From the NCBI GenBank assembly GCA_048013815.1, contig CM106585.1:12834001-12898000 (forward strand): DNA of 64,000 bases, given 5' to 3'. Positions within the stretch are counted from its first letter, which is position 1. Each line of letters starts with the position of its first letter. The notes under the pieces are model-generated. The model did not search any database and was not told where the DNA came from. It saw nothing but the letters and a program-made list of their open reading frames with translations. This DNA is from Setoptus koraiensis. Lineage: Eukaryota; Animalia; Arthropoda. Of the stretch, positions 10,864 through 20,900 are shown piece after piece. Made by a program: the position numbers and the translations under genes.

Positions 10864-13482
10864 ATCCTTGTGTGCACGATGGACACACGAATTTTAGTGA
10901 ATATAATGCTAATAATAACATAATGAATAGGCTTTATACAGTGAACTGTGCCGGGCCAATGTTGATCATATTAATTGGACGAAAGTTGCCGGACCATATC
11001 ATGCTGAATGTCCGCTGTTAATGAACAACAACACAAAACAGCAAATAGGTCAATCAATTGTTGGCAGTGTTACGTCATTAGCGCATGAGATTATTAGCAA
11101 GTTGGCCAGAATTCTAACTGTTTCTACTTGTTGTCGCTGCTGTTGTTGCTGTTGTTGCTGCTGTTGTTGGTGCACTCGACAAGATATCGAGTGAGCCTAC
11201 TGAGCGCAGACCGTATGCTAATGACTGCAATGAAAACAACAACAACAAACTAACTAACTAACTATAACTAACTATGGGTATCTATTAAACGGGGCTCATT
11301 AAGTATTGACAATGATTTAGATACTAACACTAACGCTGCTAATGGTTGCTTATATCATGGTCTCTACACTAAACTGGACACTATGGATTGAAACATTCAG
11401 ACCTTTGTGAATGCCAAACAAAAAATGGTATGTGCCTGAGCTGTGACATAGCTGATTGATGGTTGTGCTGCGAATGCGAAAGGCCAAACGTATCATGTGG
11501 GCATTATGTTGCGCATTGCTATTAAAATTAGTATTCATAAACAACAATAATGGCACTCACAAACACTAGTTAATGTTGATAGTGAAACAACAACAGCAAC
11601 AACAACAACCCAAACGGAGGCCCATTTGTGTTTGCAGACAAACATACATGTAAATATACACTTCTAATAGACACACACGAGCAATATACACGACCACTAA
11701 TATAAGTTACATACATAGTGTTTCGCATACGAGCTTGTTGCGATGATGACCCCTCAATTATCGCATATGCTCTCTGGCTGCAGTAACTATGACAACAAAA
11801 GCTATCACCACTAAGTCATTCGACTACGCGAATACCGGTAGAAGTGTATGTAAGGTGAAATTGTTTTTTCACTTTTTTCAATGGCACAAGTGAGAAAAGT
11901 TGGCCCATACTCTCATTGTCTACTATACTGTGGATTAGTTAGTTAACGCTACTGGTTCGCGCTACTGGTTGCTCAGGTGATGGAGTGACGCCACATCTAG
12001 CGTGTTTTAACACGACGTGAAAGCCAGCCCACAGAAACTCATGAGTCATGACACAAATCAACAACTACGATACTGTTTTTCAGTAAAAAGTAAACCATTG
12101 ATCCGACGGGCAATGATGAGAAATTTCGGCAAGCGGAAAACGTCCGTCGCACTAATAGTTGTGATGGTATGCCAATGGAAAAAGAGTAGCAAGACTCTCT
12201 GACTGACCGCAACCAATCACTATTTTAGGGCTACGTTCAAGCCATAACACCACTCATCCGGCGGATACACAACACGGTCAAAACGACATTGTTTGACGTT
12301 CGCTTAGTCAAACAAATCGTGAATTCGTGAATTATTTTGCAACAATTAAGATGTAACTTTCCGTTGCCAAAACAAAACAGCACACACTTACATTTGTTGG
12401 ATATGACACACAAATTTCAGATTGAATCTGCCATCAATATCAACAGATATATTAATGGCATTACTAGTTTATACCAGTCATATTCGTGAGAGTTGTCAAA
12501 ATGAATTTTTGTCTAGATTGGATAATTAGATTTGCCATGAGAATGTGTGATAAACGAGAGCAGTTTTTTTTTCTCTCTCTCTCTATCCTTATAATGCGAG
12601 CTATGCACAGAAGACCACATAATCATTATCGCTGGGCTATTTATATCGAGCTGGTAGTTATTGCGTTTACTTTGTGCTCGATCAAACAATTTTCGACTTC
12701 CAATTCAAGGCTGCAATTTCTTACACTTTTCATTGTGTGTTGTTGTGACTTATGTAGTAGTCACGATCATCTAAATAATTTGATCACGCGCCTTGGATTT
12801 GGCCAAAATTATCAGGCCAAATTTGATTCAGGCTAATACTTCTGTAAGTGTGTGTGTGCGTGGTGTATTGTTGTGCGAATTATATTAAAAAAAGAACAGG
12901 TAAATCAAGATCACGATGGATTGAATTAGAGTGTTGGTGCTGGTGAGTAACATCGCATGTAACAGCAATCCAGACAGTTGTGTATACTTTCATTTGGTAC
13001 AGGATTGCTGGCCATGATGATGACGATGATGACAACAACAACAGCAGCAACTTCCTCAATACTCTACTTTATCTATCATGACTTATTCTTGTTTGAGCTT
13101 GTTGTGGCAGACAGTTTGTAGATAAATATAGACTTAAGATAGCAAACAACTTTAGATGGTTATGGGAGATAGAAAAATGAGATTATCTCTGCACATCTAA
13201 CCACCAGCGTCACCTATTAACTGGTGGCTGCTGTTAATTCGTCCGTACAACACACTCAAGTTAGTTAAGAACTTCTCATTGATTAATTGGCCCTTGTTGT
13301 GTTAAAAACTCAAACAATTGTGTCCAATCAATCATATCAATGTAAGCAATCAATCAATTATTTGCACAATTGTCAGATTGTAAATTCTCTAATTTCATCA
13401 CAGACAAGAGAGATTAATATCGGTATTATCGCGCTTGTTCTGGCGCGCAATCCGCACCGTTTGTTAGCTTGTTACTACTTAC

Positions 13483-13750
13483 CAAAGAACAAAAATAATA
13501 CAATAATACAAAAGCACTGGAAGTTTAGTTCTGGCCTGCGAATAAATTTATTCTTGACGACAATATGTTTCTGACTAGATATTGTTGCCTTCCGATCAAT
13601 ATATTTGCTTGATTTATTCCGATCCAGAGAGAACGAGTCCTTATTGAGACTGTTTGTTTGCTTGCTTCCTTTTGGCTCTCGTGATTCTGTACTGCTATCC
13701 TTGATACTTTGGTGCTGTTGTTTAACTGTAAAATAAGTGAGTTTATCGCT
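13483..13750 (-). other. Probable 5' non-coding exon of the tetraspanin gene
   Basis: There is a strong minus-strand donor G|GTAAGTA at 13482 and a good acceptor TTTATTTGCAG at 7475, 67 nt upstream of the tetraspanin ATG. No coding sequence is recognisable in between. The upstream boundary is approximate. Confidence 0.35.
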
Positions 13751-14954
13751 AGCAAATTAAATAGTTTGCCTGACTAGAGATTAAATGGCTAATAAGACGA
13801 AGACATGACCCACGGGTTGGAAAAAAGTTGTTAGAAAAAAGTCGATGTTGGAGCTTTTGGGTCTGAACTGCAAGTGTGCATTTTTTACTCAATGTACATG
13901 GTATTTATACCACGCACAGAGAATTTAATAAATCGATGGAACAGAAGTAAATGGTGTGCTCAGCGCACAGTAGTGCGTTATTGCGTAAGAGTTCGTTGAA
14001 AAGTTTCACCAGTTTGGCCCCTCTGTCATGGTAACTTGTGACACAAATACATTTGGGTTCAATACCAGAAGTGTCTGAGGAATATTTCTACGAGAAGGGC
14101 CTAAATAGTGGGGTGTTTTAGTGAAACCTGGTCAGTGCACCGGTTTTACTGGCTGGCATCGCAAGAGAAAAAGTGGGTCTTGTATCCATGGAAACCAGAC
14201 AATTGTCGTGTTGAATGACAAGACAAACGAGTCAGTTGCAGCTTTGTGGACCCCAACAGCTCGACTGCCGGGGCTCACAGAATCAAGTTTCTGGTGACAA
14301 GTTGCCCGTTTAATTTTTTCTAACCTCCACCAGCAGCCACATGTCACAAGCGAGGCTGCAAAAGAACGGCACGCTAGCTGAGGAGATAATCTCCAAGATT
14401 GATGACCGAAGAAACATCCGCCCCGATTGGCGCCGACACCCCAAAAAGTGTCGTCCCGCGGTGACACTTTTTGCGGCGGTGTGTGGTTCGAATTTATGTA
14501 GCGCCTTCGAAACGAGAAGTTCGAAAACGAGAAATTCGAAAAAAAAAATTTCGCTTCGAATTTGGCGCGCAACTTCAGTCGCACAGCTGTAAGGCCGCAG
14601 CATAATGCTGCTGTAAGCTGACAACATAACGAAAAGGGTGGTCGCAAAAAGATTTATTTTTTACCGAACTGCGCTCGCTTCCACACTGCATTCTCTGACA
14701 TTGTGAGGGGTGGATTCTGACTTTCTGTGCGATTCTTTACCTAGGACAATGCTACAAAACGCACAGACAGTATATAGAACAGCAACGAATATGTTTCCGT
14801 TTTTTTGCCGTTCATTCGCAAGCGAATCAAAGTGACAGACAAACACAATCACATCAATTAATGCCGGTGCAAATTGTCACACTGACAACCAGTTGGGCCC
14901 CACTCACCACCATTGTCTAAGCATAAGCCAATTTAAATTATTAATGCAATCATC

Positions 14955-16256
14955 ATGGATACCATTCCATTGAACAGCGAAGATGAAGATCATTTTATAC
15001 AAATCAAAATTGTTGATGTTATTAAAGTTGGAGAGAAATCAATCAACTCATATGTTAAATTTCTCATAGAGACCAAGACTAACTTACCATATTTTAGAGC
15101 ACAATCATCAACAGTTGAAAGAAGATTCAGTGATTTCCTGGGCCTAAGAGAGAAATTAGCTCAAAAACACTTAGTAGATGGACTTATTGTACCACCAGCG
15201 CCAGAAAAGAACGCCATGGCCACGTTTCAAACTAAATTAACTAAAGAGGAGGACATGGCAAGCAATAATGAATTCTTAGAACGGCGCAAATGTGCATTAG
15301 AAAGATTCCTAAATAGAATAGCTCAGCATTCAGTTCTTAGGACCGATCCAGATTTTCGTGATTTCTTAGAGCTACAAGCAGAGCTACCAAGATCCTCAAA
15401 CACTTCAGCTTTAAGCCGTGAAGGTGTCAAACGATTCTTGAATCGCATGAACGATACCGTCACAAAGATCACTTTTCGTATGGATGAAGCTGATAAGGTA
15501 AGTCATCAACAAGAGCCGGTGCCTTGCTATGAAGGGAACACGTTAATCGACACAATTTATCAACTAAGTGCCCGTCTACTAATTATTGATTTCATTTCTA
15601 TCTATATATATATCTATCATTTATAGTGGTTCGATGAAAAATCAGTCCAAATTGAAAATTTAGATATCCAACTGAGAAAGCTACATACAAGCGTTGAGGC
15701 GCTCATCCACCACCGCAGAGAGTTAACGGCCACCACAGGTGCCTTTGCGCGAAGTGCAGCAATTTTGGGCAATATTGAGGAACATACGGCTTTGTCCTTT
15801 GATTTGTCTCGTTTAGCTACCACAGAGGAAAAGATAGAGCATCTGTATAGCGAACAGGCTAACACAGATTTTTTTCTTATATCCGAGCTTATCCATGATT
15901 ATATTTGCTTGATCGGAAGTATTAAAGAAGTATTCCAACATCGCATAAAAGTATATCAAAACTTACAGCAGGCCCAGCAGACGTTGGCTAGAAAAAGGGA
16001 GCAAAAGCAGCGCAACGACTTATTGGCAAGCAAAAGTGATAAACTAACACAGGAAATCTCCGATTATGAGTCAAGAGTTGTTAGGGGCCAAGAGGAATTC
16101 GAGAAGATTTCTAAAAATATTAAGAAGGACGTGGAAAAGTTTGAATTAGATCGAGTTAAAGATTTCCGTGCTAACATGATCAAATATATGGAAATCCTAT
16201 TGGAGAATCAACAAAAACTAATCGAATATTGGGAGAGTTTTCTGGGACCTCAGTAA
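14955..16256 (+). CDS. SNX2: Sorting nexin-1/2 (PX-BAR, retromer-associated), 390 aa, 2 exons
   Basis: Exon 1 is 14955-15497 (AAG|GTAAGT) and exon 2 is 15627-16256 (TTATAG|TGG). The PX domain has VERRFSDFLGLREKL, PPAPEK and ERRKCALERFLNRIAQH. The BAR domain runs DKWFDEK...KDFRANMIKYMEILLENQQKLIEYWESF. SNX1 and SNX2 cannot be told apart. Confidence 0.93.
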
Positions 16257-16327
16257 AGTGATTCAAGTTAAGCTTGAATAAAAAATCCGATCGATTATTA
16301 TTAAAACCGTCTATTATACAATATTGA

Positions 16328-17566
16328 TCAGGTGTCAAACTTATCCACACACATCTGTCTTCTGCTTTCTCCGTTTTCGTCATACTGTTTTCTTGATATA
16401 ACCAGACTTTTGAGCACATCTTTATACTCTGTTGCGAGAATTTTTCCGCCATACCAGGCATCACATATAGGATCTTCTGAAAGGTGTATATTGACTTCAT
16501 ATTCAGTCGGGCAGTAACATCTTAGACCTTGAATGATTCTTTCTCTAAAGCCTTGAAACTTGGCGTTGCCACCTACCAGAACAATATTCTCATACAGGTG
16601 AGGTCTAACTTTTTCAGGTAGGGAATTTATCGAGTGTACAATTGCCTCCACTATACCAACTTGTTCGATTCCAACATCATAGGGGTGGAATAATAGTTCC
16701 GGAACTTGAAAGCGTTCGTTGGCTAGTTTTATTGATTGTTGATCGGCTGAGAGATTCTCAGGAGATAGTGGATTTCTAACAAAACCCCTCTTGACAGTGG
16801 TGAAATCCGGCAAGACATACTCCCTTGCTAGTTTATTTCTTTTCTCTCGTTGGCATTCCTCTAGATCTTTGTCGAAATTTGTGGACACATAACAGACATC
16901 TTCTTTGCATTGATTGATAACATAGGTCTCATCCATAACATGTATTTGCCTGTACGAGATTATTTCTTTTAGGTGATTTGTCAAAGCTTTCCCTCCCACG
17001 TCAATTCTTCTAATGCCTTGCTTGATTTTCTTGTAGGTTATATTGTCATCGGAGAGAAGATATGGGACTATGTGGGTGAAACTGTAACCGGAATCTACAA
17101 CAAGACAACCCATTGGTTGCTTACTAGGTGTTTTGTTTTTCCAATTAAAAGTGGTGAGAAATCCTGCGTTTGTGCGTAGTATAGACTCAAATCCGTACTC
17201 TTCAAATAGGATTTCATCAGTGTTATTTTGGGTTGCTTTGAAGTTGAAATAAGGCTCAGTTAATATGATAGATGATGATCTCGGATTCATATGCCGAAAT
17301 TTCTGATTGATAGTGTAATCCCATATCTCTCTTTCAATGTCCCAGTTAGTTATAAAGCCTTTCTGGTGCGACAGTAAATAGTATAAGCCGGACCTATCTA
17401 TACAATCTTCAATTTGATCGCCTATAAATTGTCTTTGCCTCTCGGATTTAACTTTCATTTTGCAGTTGTTTATCAAATGAGGGTTCTCATCAGTTGACAG
17501 TCCAGTTTTAATGGAGTATGCTCCATTATCCATTATAAATATCGGTTGGTCACTGGCTAAAACCAT
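16328..17566 (-). CDS. ACTR6: Actin-related protein 6 (SWR1/SRCAP subunit), intronless, 412 aa
   Basis: Actin-fold motifs with ARP6-specific sequence: IMDNGAYSIKTG, KGFITNWDIEREIWDY, VVDSGYSFTHIVPY, RIDVGGKALTNHLKEIISYRQIHVMDETYVINQCKEDVCYVS and LANERFQVPELLFHPYDVGI. Confidence 0.95.
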   Translation of the reverse strand: MVLASDQPIFIMDNGAYSIKTGLSTDENPHLINNCKMKVKSERQRQFIGDQIEDCIDRSGLYYLLSHQKGFITNWDIEREIWDYTINQKFRHMNPRSSSIILTEPYFNFKATQNNTDEILFEEYGFESILRTNAGFLTTFNWKNKTPSKQPMGCLVVDSGYSFTHIVPYLLSDDNITYKKIKQGIRRIDVGGKALTNHLKEIISYRQIHVMDETYVINQCKEDVCYVSTNFDKDLEECQREKRNKLAREYVLPDFTTVKRGFVRNPLSPENLSADQQSIKLANERFQVPELLFHPYDVGIEQVGIVEAIVHSINSLPEKVRPHLYENIVLVGGNAKFQGFRERIIQGLRCYCPTEYEVNIHLSEDPICDAWYGGKILATEYKDVLKSLVISRKQYDENGESRRQMCVDKFDT

Positions 17567-18122
17567 GATTAATGAAATGTTCAGCGATTTTGAGAAGACC
17601 AGTTAAGATGTGATGGAAGTTGAGAGATCGGTAGTTGAGGCTAGAAAAATAGTCATATACCTAAATATACATTTTTGGTTTTAGGTAAAATCTGTTGAAA
17701 GGTCTGATGTTTTTGAAAAGTGAATATCCATCAGGTAGCGACTCTGTCTATTAACATTGTTCAGTTTTATGGCGGCATGTGCGTATATGGAGCACGCAAT
17801 GTGAATAGTTTGGTGCGAGGCTAGTATTCACGTTCGCGTTGTGTCGGCGAGGTTCAACGTGGTATGTGCAGCTGATGTCCGCAATCTCAGCGACGACGAT
17901 TGGAGTCAGGTATCTTTATTATTATTGTTACATTTACTATTACATACGTATTTTCTATTTATGTATCATTATCAGCGTCACCTATGTAATTATTATTATT
18001 AGTCACGGTTGATTGTCGAAGATAATCAATTTAACAAACATCAGTCACACTAGCAGCGAGCAAGCGACCACGCGGCAACCATCAACCGGCTGAAGCAGCG
18101 CTCGAAATATTGGGAAGTAACA

Positions 18123-18662
18123 ATGACTGCCGCTAAATTAATTCCGCAACACTTGCATAAGCTCATGTATGAAGGAATTTTGTCAAAGAGAATATTATAC
18201 CTCAAAAGCCTCTCCATCATATCATCTGTTGCATTGAGTGCATCTTATGGGTCTATTCTTAGCCAGAGAGGACTATCACCTGGTCTAGTCGGAGTTGGTG
18301 TTGTGTTTGTACCATTCTTTGTGTCCCCCATTGTTATAAGCTGGTTCTTTAAACGCTACGTCAACAAATTGTATTATAATCCTATCGATGACAACTATAC
18401 AGTGTATCACTATGGTCTACTCATGAATCAGAAGAGTTTAACTTTCAAGTCAGATCAAGTGGAACTATCTGATGCTTCGAGCATACTCAACACTTTCACA
18501 GTTCAACAAGATGATAAGTTAACTTTTCTTGGTAACCCTAAAAGAAAGTCATTCTTTTTACATGATGAATCACTTATTGATGTTGAGTCGGTGGCCCTGT
18601 ACAAGAAAATGCTGAACCTTGATCGAATCAAGGAACAAGGAACTAAATTATCGCAATCCTAG
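18123..18662 (+). CDS. TMEM70: TMEM70 homolog (mitochondrial ATP synthase assembly factor)
   Basis: LMYEGILSKRILYLKSLS, two TM segments, SPIVISWFFKRYVNKLYYNPIDDNYTV and LTFKSDQV...NTFTV follow the TMEM70/TMEM186 pattern. The true N-terminus may lie upstream, since the frame is open from 18054. Confidence 0.8.
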   Translation: MTAAKLIPQHLHKLMYEGILSKRILYLKSLSIISSVALSASYGSILSQRGLSPGLVGVGVVFVPFFVSPIVISWFFKRYVNKLYYNPIDDNYTVYHYGLLMNQKSLTFKSDQVELSDASSILNTFTVQQDDKLTFLGNPKRKSFFLHDESLIDVESVALYKKMLNLDRIKEQGTKLSQS

Positions 18663-18819
18663 GAAATAAATCGGCGTTCAATTATTTTGATAGTTTCGTA
18701 AAGTTGGAAGAAAACTGAATATATTTACTATTCGTCTTAAGATTTTATAGTTACAACATGGAAGAACAGATAAGTAGGACATAAGTATGTATTGATGTCT
18801 TGGCACCGGTATGACAATG

Positions 18820-19881
18820 TCACCATCTGGCTACTTTATACGCTACAGCACTGAGCACAATTGTGGCTACTAGGGTATAGCCCACCAACCCTGATGATTT
18901 TCTAAATGCCTTATTAATGTAGTCTTGGTCAATGTTATTAGCTGGTGCTAGTTGAGGTAGATCGAGCTTCTCCTTCCTTATATAGTTTGAAAAATCCACC
19001 GAGGTTTTGGTAACATTCTGGCACGCTTCAATCAATTCGCAGGTCTCTTGCGCTATCTTTTTTATGCCAACGAAATCTTTACCTAGTTCCAAAACCTCAT
19101 CATCTGATTTAATTTTGGATCCCAAATGCTCAATAGTGCAATTGATATATTCCAAATGTTTCTTGATGTCGCTTAGAACTAGGTATATTCCTGGCGCTGA
19201 GTAAATGTCTTGAGCAGTTAGATCTGATAGGCTAGTTGGCTCCCATTTACGTGCGTGAACTTGCGACACAGCCTCAAGTATTTTCTTTCTTATACCAACT
19301 TTGTCTATACCTATGTTGATTAAATCTTGTTCGTTACAAGTTAGCAATTGTCTGAATGTAATCTCGTGTTTATCAAACAATTCTATGAGATCATCTTCCT
19401 TAATATAGCACAAAAATAATTCTAGGTCGCCGTAAACCTTTAAGTTTTGCCCAACGCCATGAGGTGGCAATGATTGGTTATCGTCGACATCTTCATCAGG
19501 GAGATTTCTGTCGTTGAGTTTGTCCAGTTCGAAGAATCCATCGGAAGTCTTGTACTCTGCCATAGGATTGTAGTTGGACTCTTTTAAAACCCCATTGGAA
19601 ACATTGTTGAGAGTTGTATCCTCTGAAACATTGGTATCTCCGAGCCTGGAATTGGCGGAATGCAACGTAGTCTCATTGTGATCATTGATCCTCTGTGATT
19701 CATTCATGGATGACTGGATAGCGCTCTGCCAATCGATGGGTTCTTCTGATTGTTCGTCTTTGACGTTGCTATTATAGCCACTGTAAAATGAGACTTGTTG
19801 CTTTTCCTGAGGACCATCGTACAGATCATCGTGGAAATCTTCATCATCGGTTTCATAACCGGCCGGTATTGGTCCAGCCAT
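18820..19881 (-). CDS. ASZ1: Gasz/ASZ1-like SAM, helical and C-terminal TM protein lacking ankyrin repeats (353 aa)
   Basis: N-terminal PAGYETDDEDF acidic motif. SAM domain YGDLELFLCYIKEDDLIELFDKHEITFRQLLTCNEQDL (compare ASZ1 [33 protein letters not shown]). A helical region follows, then a tail-anchor TM helix with basic flanks (GLVGYTLVATIVLSAVAYKVARW*). Confidence 0.72.
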   Translation of the reverse strand: MAGPIPAGYETDDEDFHDDLYDGPQEKQQVSFYSGYNSNVKDEQSEEPIDWQSAIQSSMNESQRINDHNETTLHSANSRLGDTNVSEDTTLNNVSNGVLKESNYNPMAEYKTSDGFFELDKLNDRNLPDEDVDDNQSLPPHGVGQNLKVYGDLELFLCYIKEDDLIELFDKHEITFRQLLTCNEQDLINIGIDKVGIRKKILEAVSQVHARKWEPTSLSDLTAQDIYSAPGIYLVLSDIKKHLEYINCTIEHLGSKIKSDDEVLELGKDFVGIKKIAQETCELIEACQNVTKTSVDFSNYIRKEKLDLPQLAPANNIDQDYINKAFRKSSGLVGYTLVATIVLSAVAYKVARW

Positions 19882-20900
19882 ACTGTTTTCGTACTGTAGG
19901 TTGGGATCTGCGTCTGGCTTTGATCGCAGATTGAGCTTCCGATCAATTGTTTCTTCCCAATGTGAATAAAATAATAATATATCTTTTTGTGTTTACAAGG
20001 AATAGATTTGTATGGGTATAATATGAGTAATAAACTATGACTATGGTAAAATATGAGCACTCAATCAATAAATTGAGACGGGTATCAGGTATTGTGGTCG
20101 GGTATAAATGTACAATTGTAGAAGAAATACTGAAAAAATAAACCGAAAAAAAATTTACGAATAACCAATTGGCAGTTAATCCTTTCTGCTTGTTGTGGAG
20201 CCACGACCGCGCACTCAACCGACTCAAACGAACGAAAACTGGCGCTCGCGATGACATCAACCTAACGTCTAGCGGACAGAAGATGTACCAGTATCATGTG
20301 CGCCAATTGTTGCAGATATGCTGCATGTTGCCCAAAAATCACGTGTATTGTTTGCGCGCAAGTCACCATGTGCACTCTTGGTGCCGGTGGATTTTCTTCG
20401 AACTAAACACATGTGCAGCACACAAGCACAGACAGTGCAAAGTAGTTTTATGTGCTGCTGTTGTATCATGACACTAAACACGCTCAAAGTCAAGCTTACG
20501 CACGAACTGTGCGATTAAAGCGGCACAGGTTTTTCTGATGCACCTAAATTAGTTTACAAAAGATCCACGAGAGCGGCGCTGCAGTGCATTCTTCGTTCAA
20601 CAAAGTGTGAGCAGCGCCTCTGTTGGATATTTCATAAACCATCGGTGCACATTGGAAGCAGTGCGCAGTGTTTGTGTGATGCAATGCACTGTGGAAGGTT
20701 AAAATGTGTACACAATACATTTGGGGACAACTTTTGTTGTTTGACGACATGATCTCAAGTCCCCGATATTTCTACATTTGTGTTAAAAACTAGTCAATTA
20801 GTTGTTATTATGAGTACATTATCGTTGTTATTTGTTACCTAACTATCAAATTATTATTATTTTTGAAATTACAGAAACAATTAAGAATATCGGGGCACCG

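Noticed and set aside
13572-13592. miR-279-family-like seed TGACTAGAT
   Set aside because: The only local hairpin places the seed in the loop, and the 3' part does not resemble miR-279/996.
14320-14326. CTAACCT as a possible telomerase-RNA template for TTAGG
   Set aside because: A 7-mer that also matches the branch-point consensus and is expected by chance; there are no supporting promoter or structural features.
14485-14495. GGTTCGAAT resembling a tRNA B-box
   Set aside because: No cloverleaf, A-box or acceptor stem around it.
14132-14647. 171-aa minus-strand ORF, or a possible decayed TE in 13800-14700
   Set aside because: No transposase, RT or other domain motif is recognisable, and the neighbouring frames are broken by stops.
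20000-20830. Search for minus-strand protease exons continuing the SEA/LDLa gene past TRPC (TRPC as a nested gene)
   Set aside because: No trypsin-like motifs (IVGG, TAAHC, GDSGG) were seen here or in 7500-14900. The gene most simply ends at 23792, or after a very short alternative last exon.
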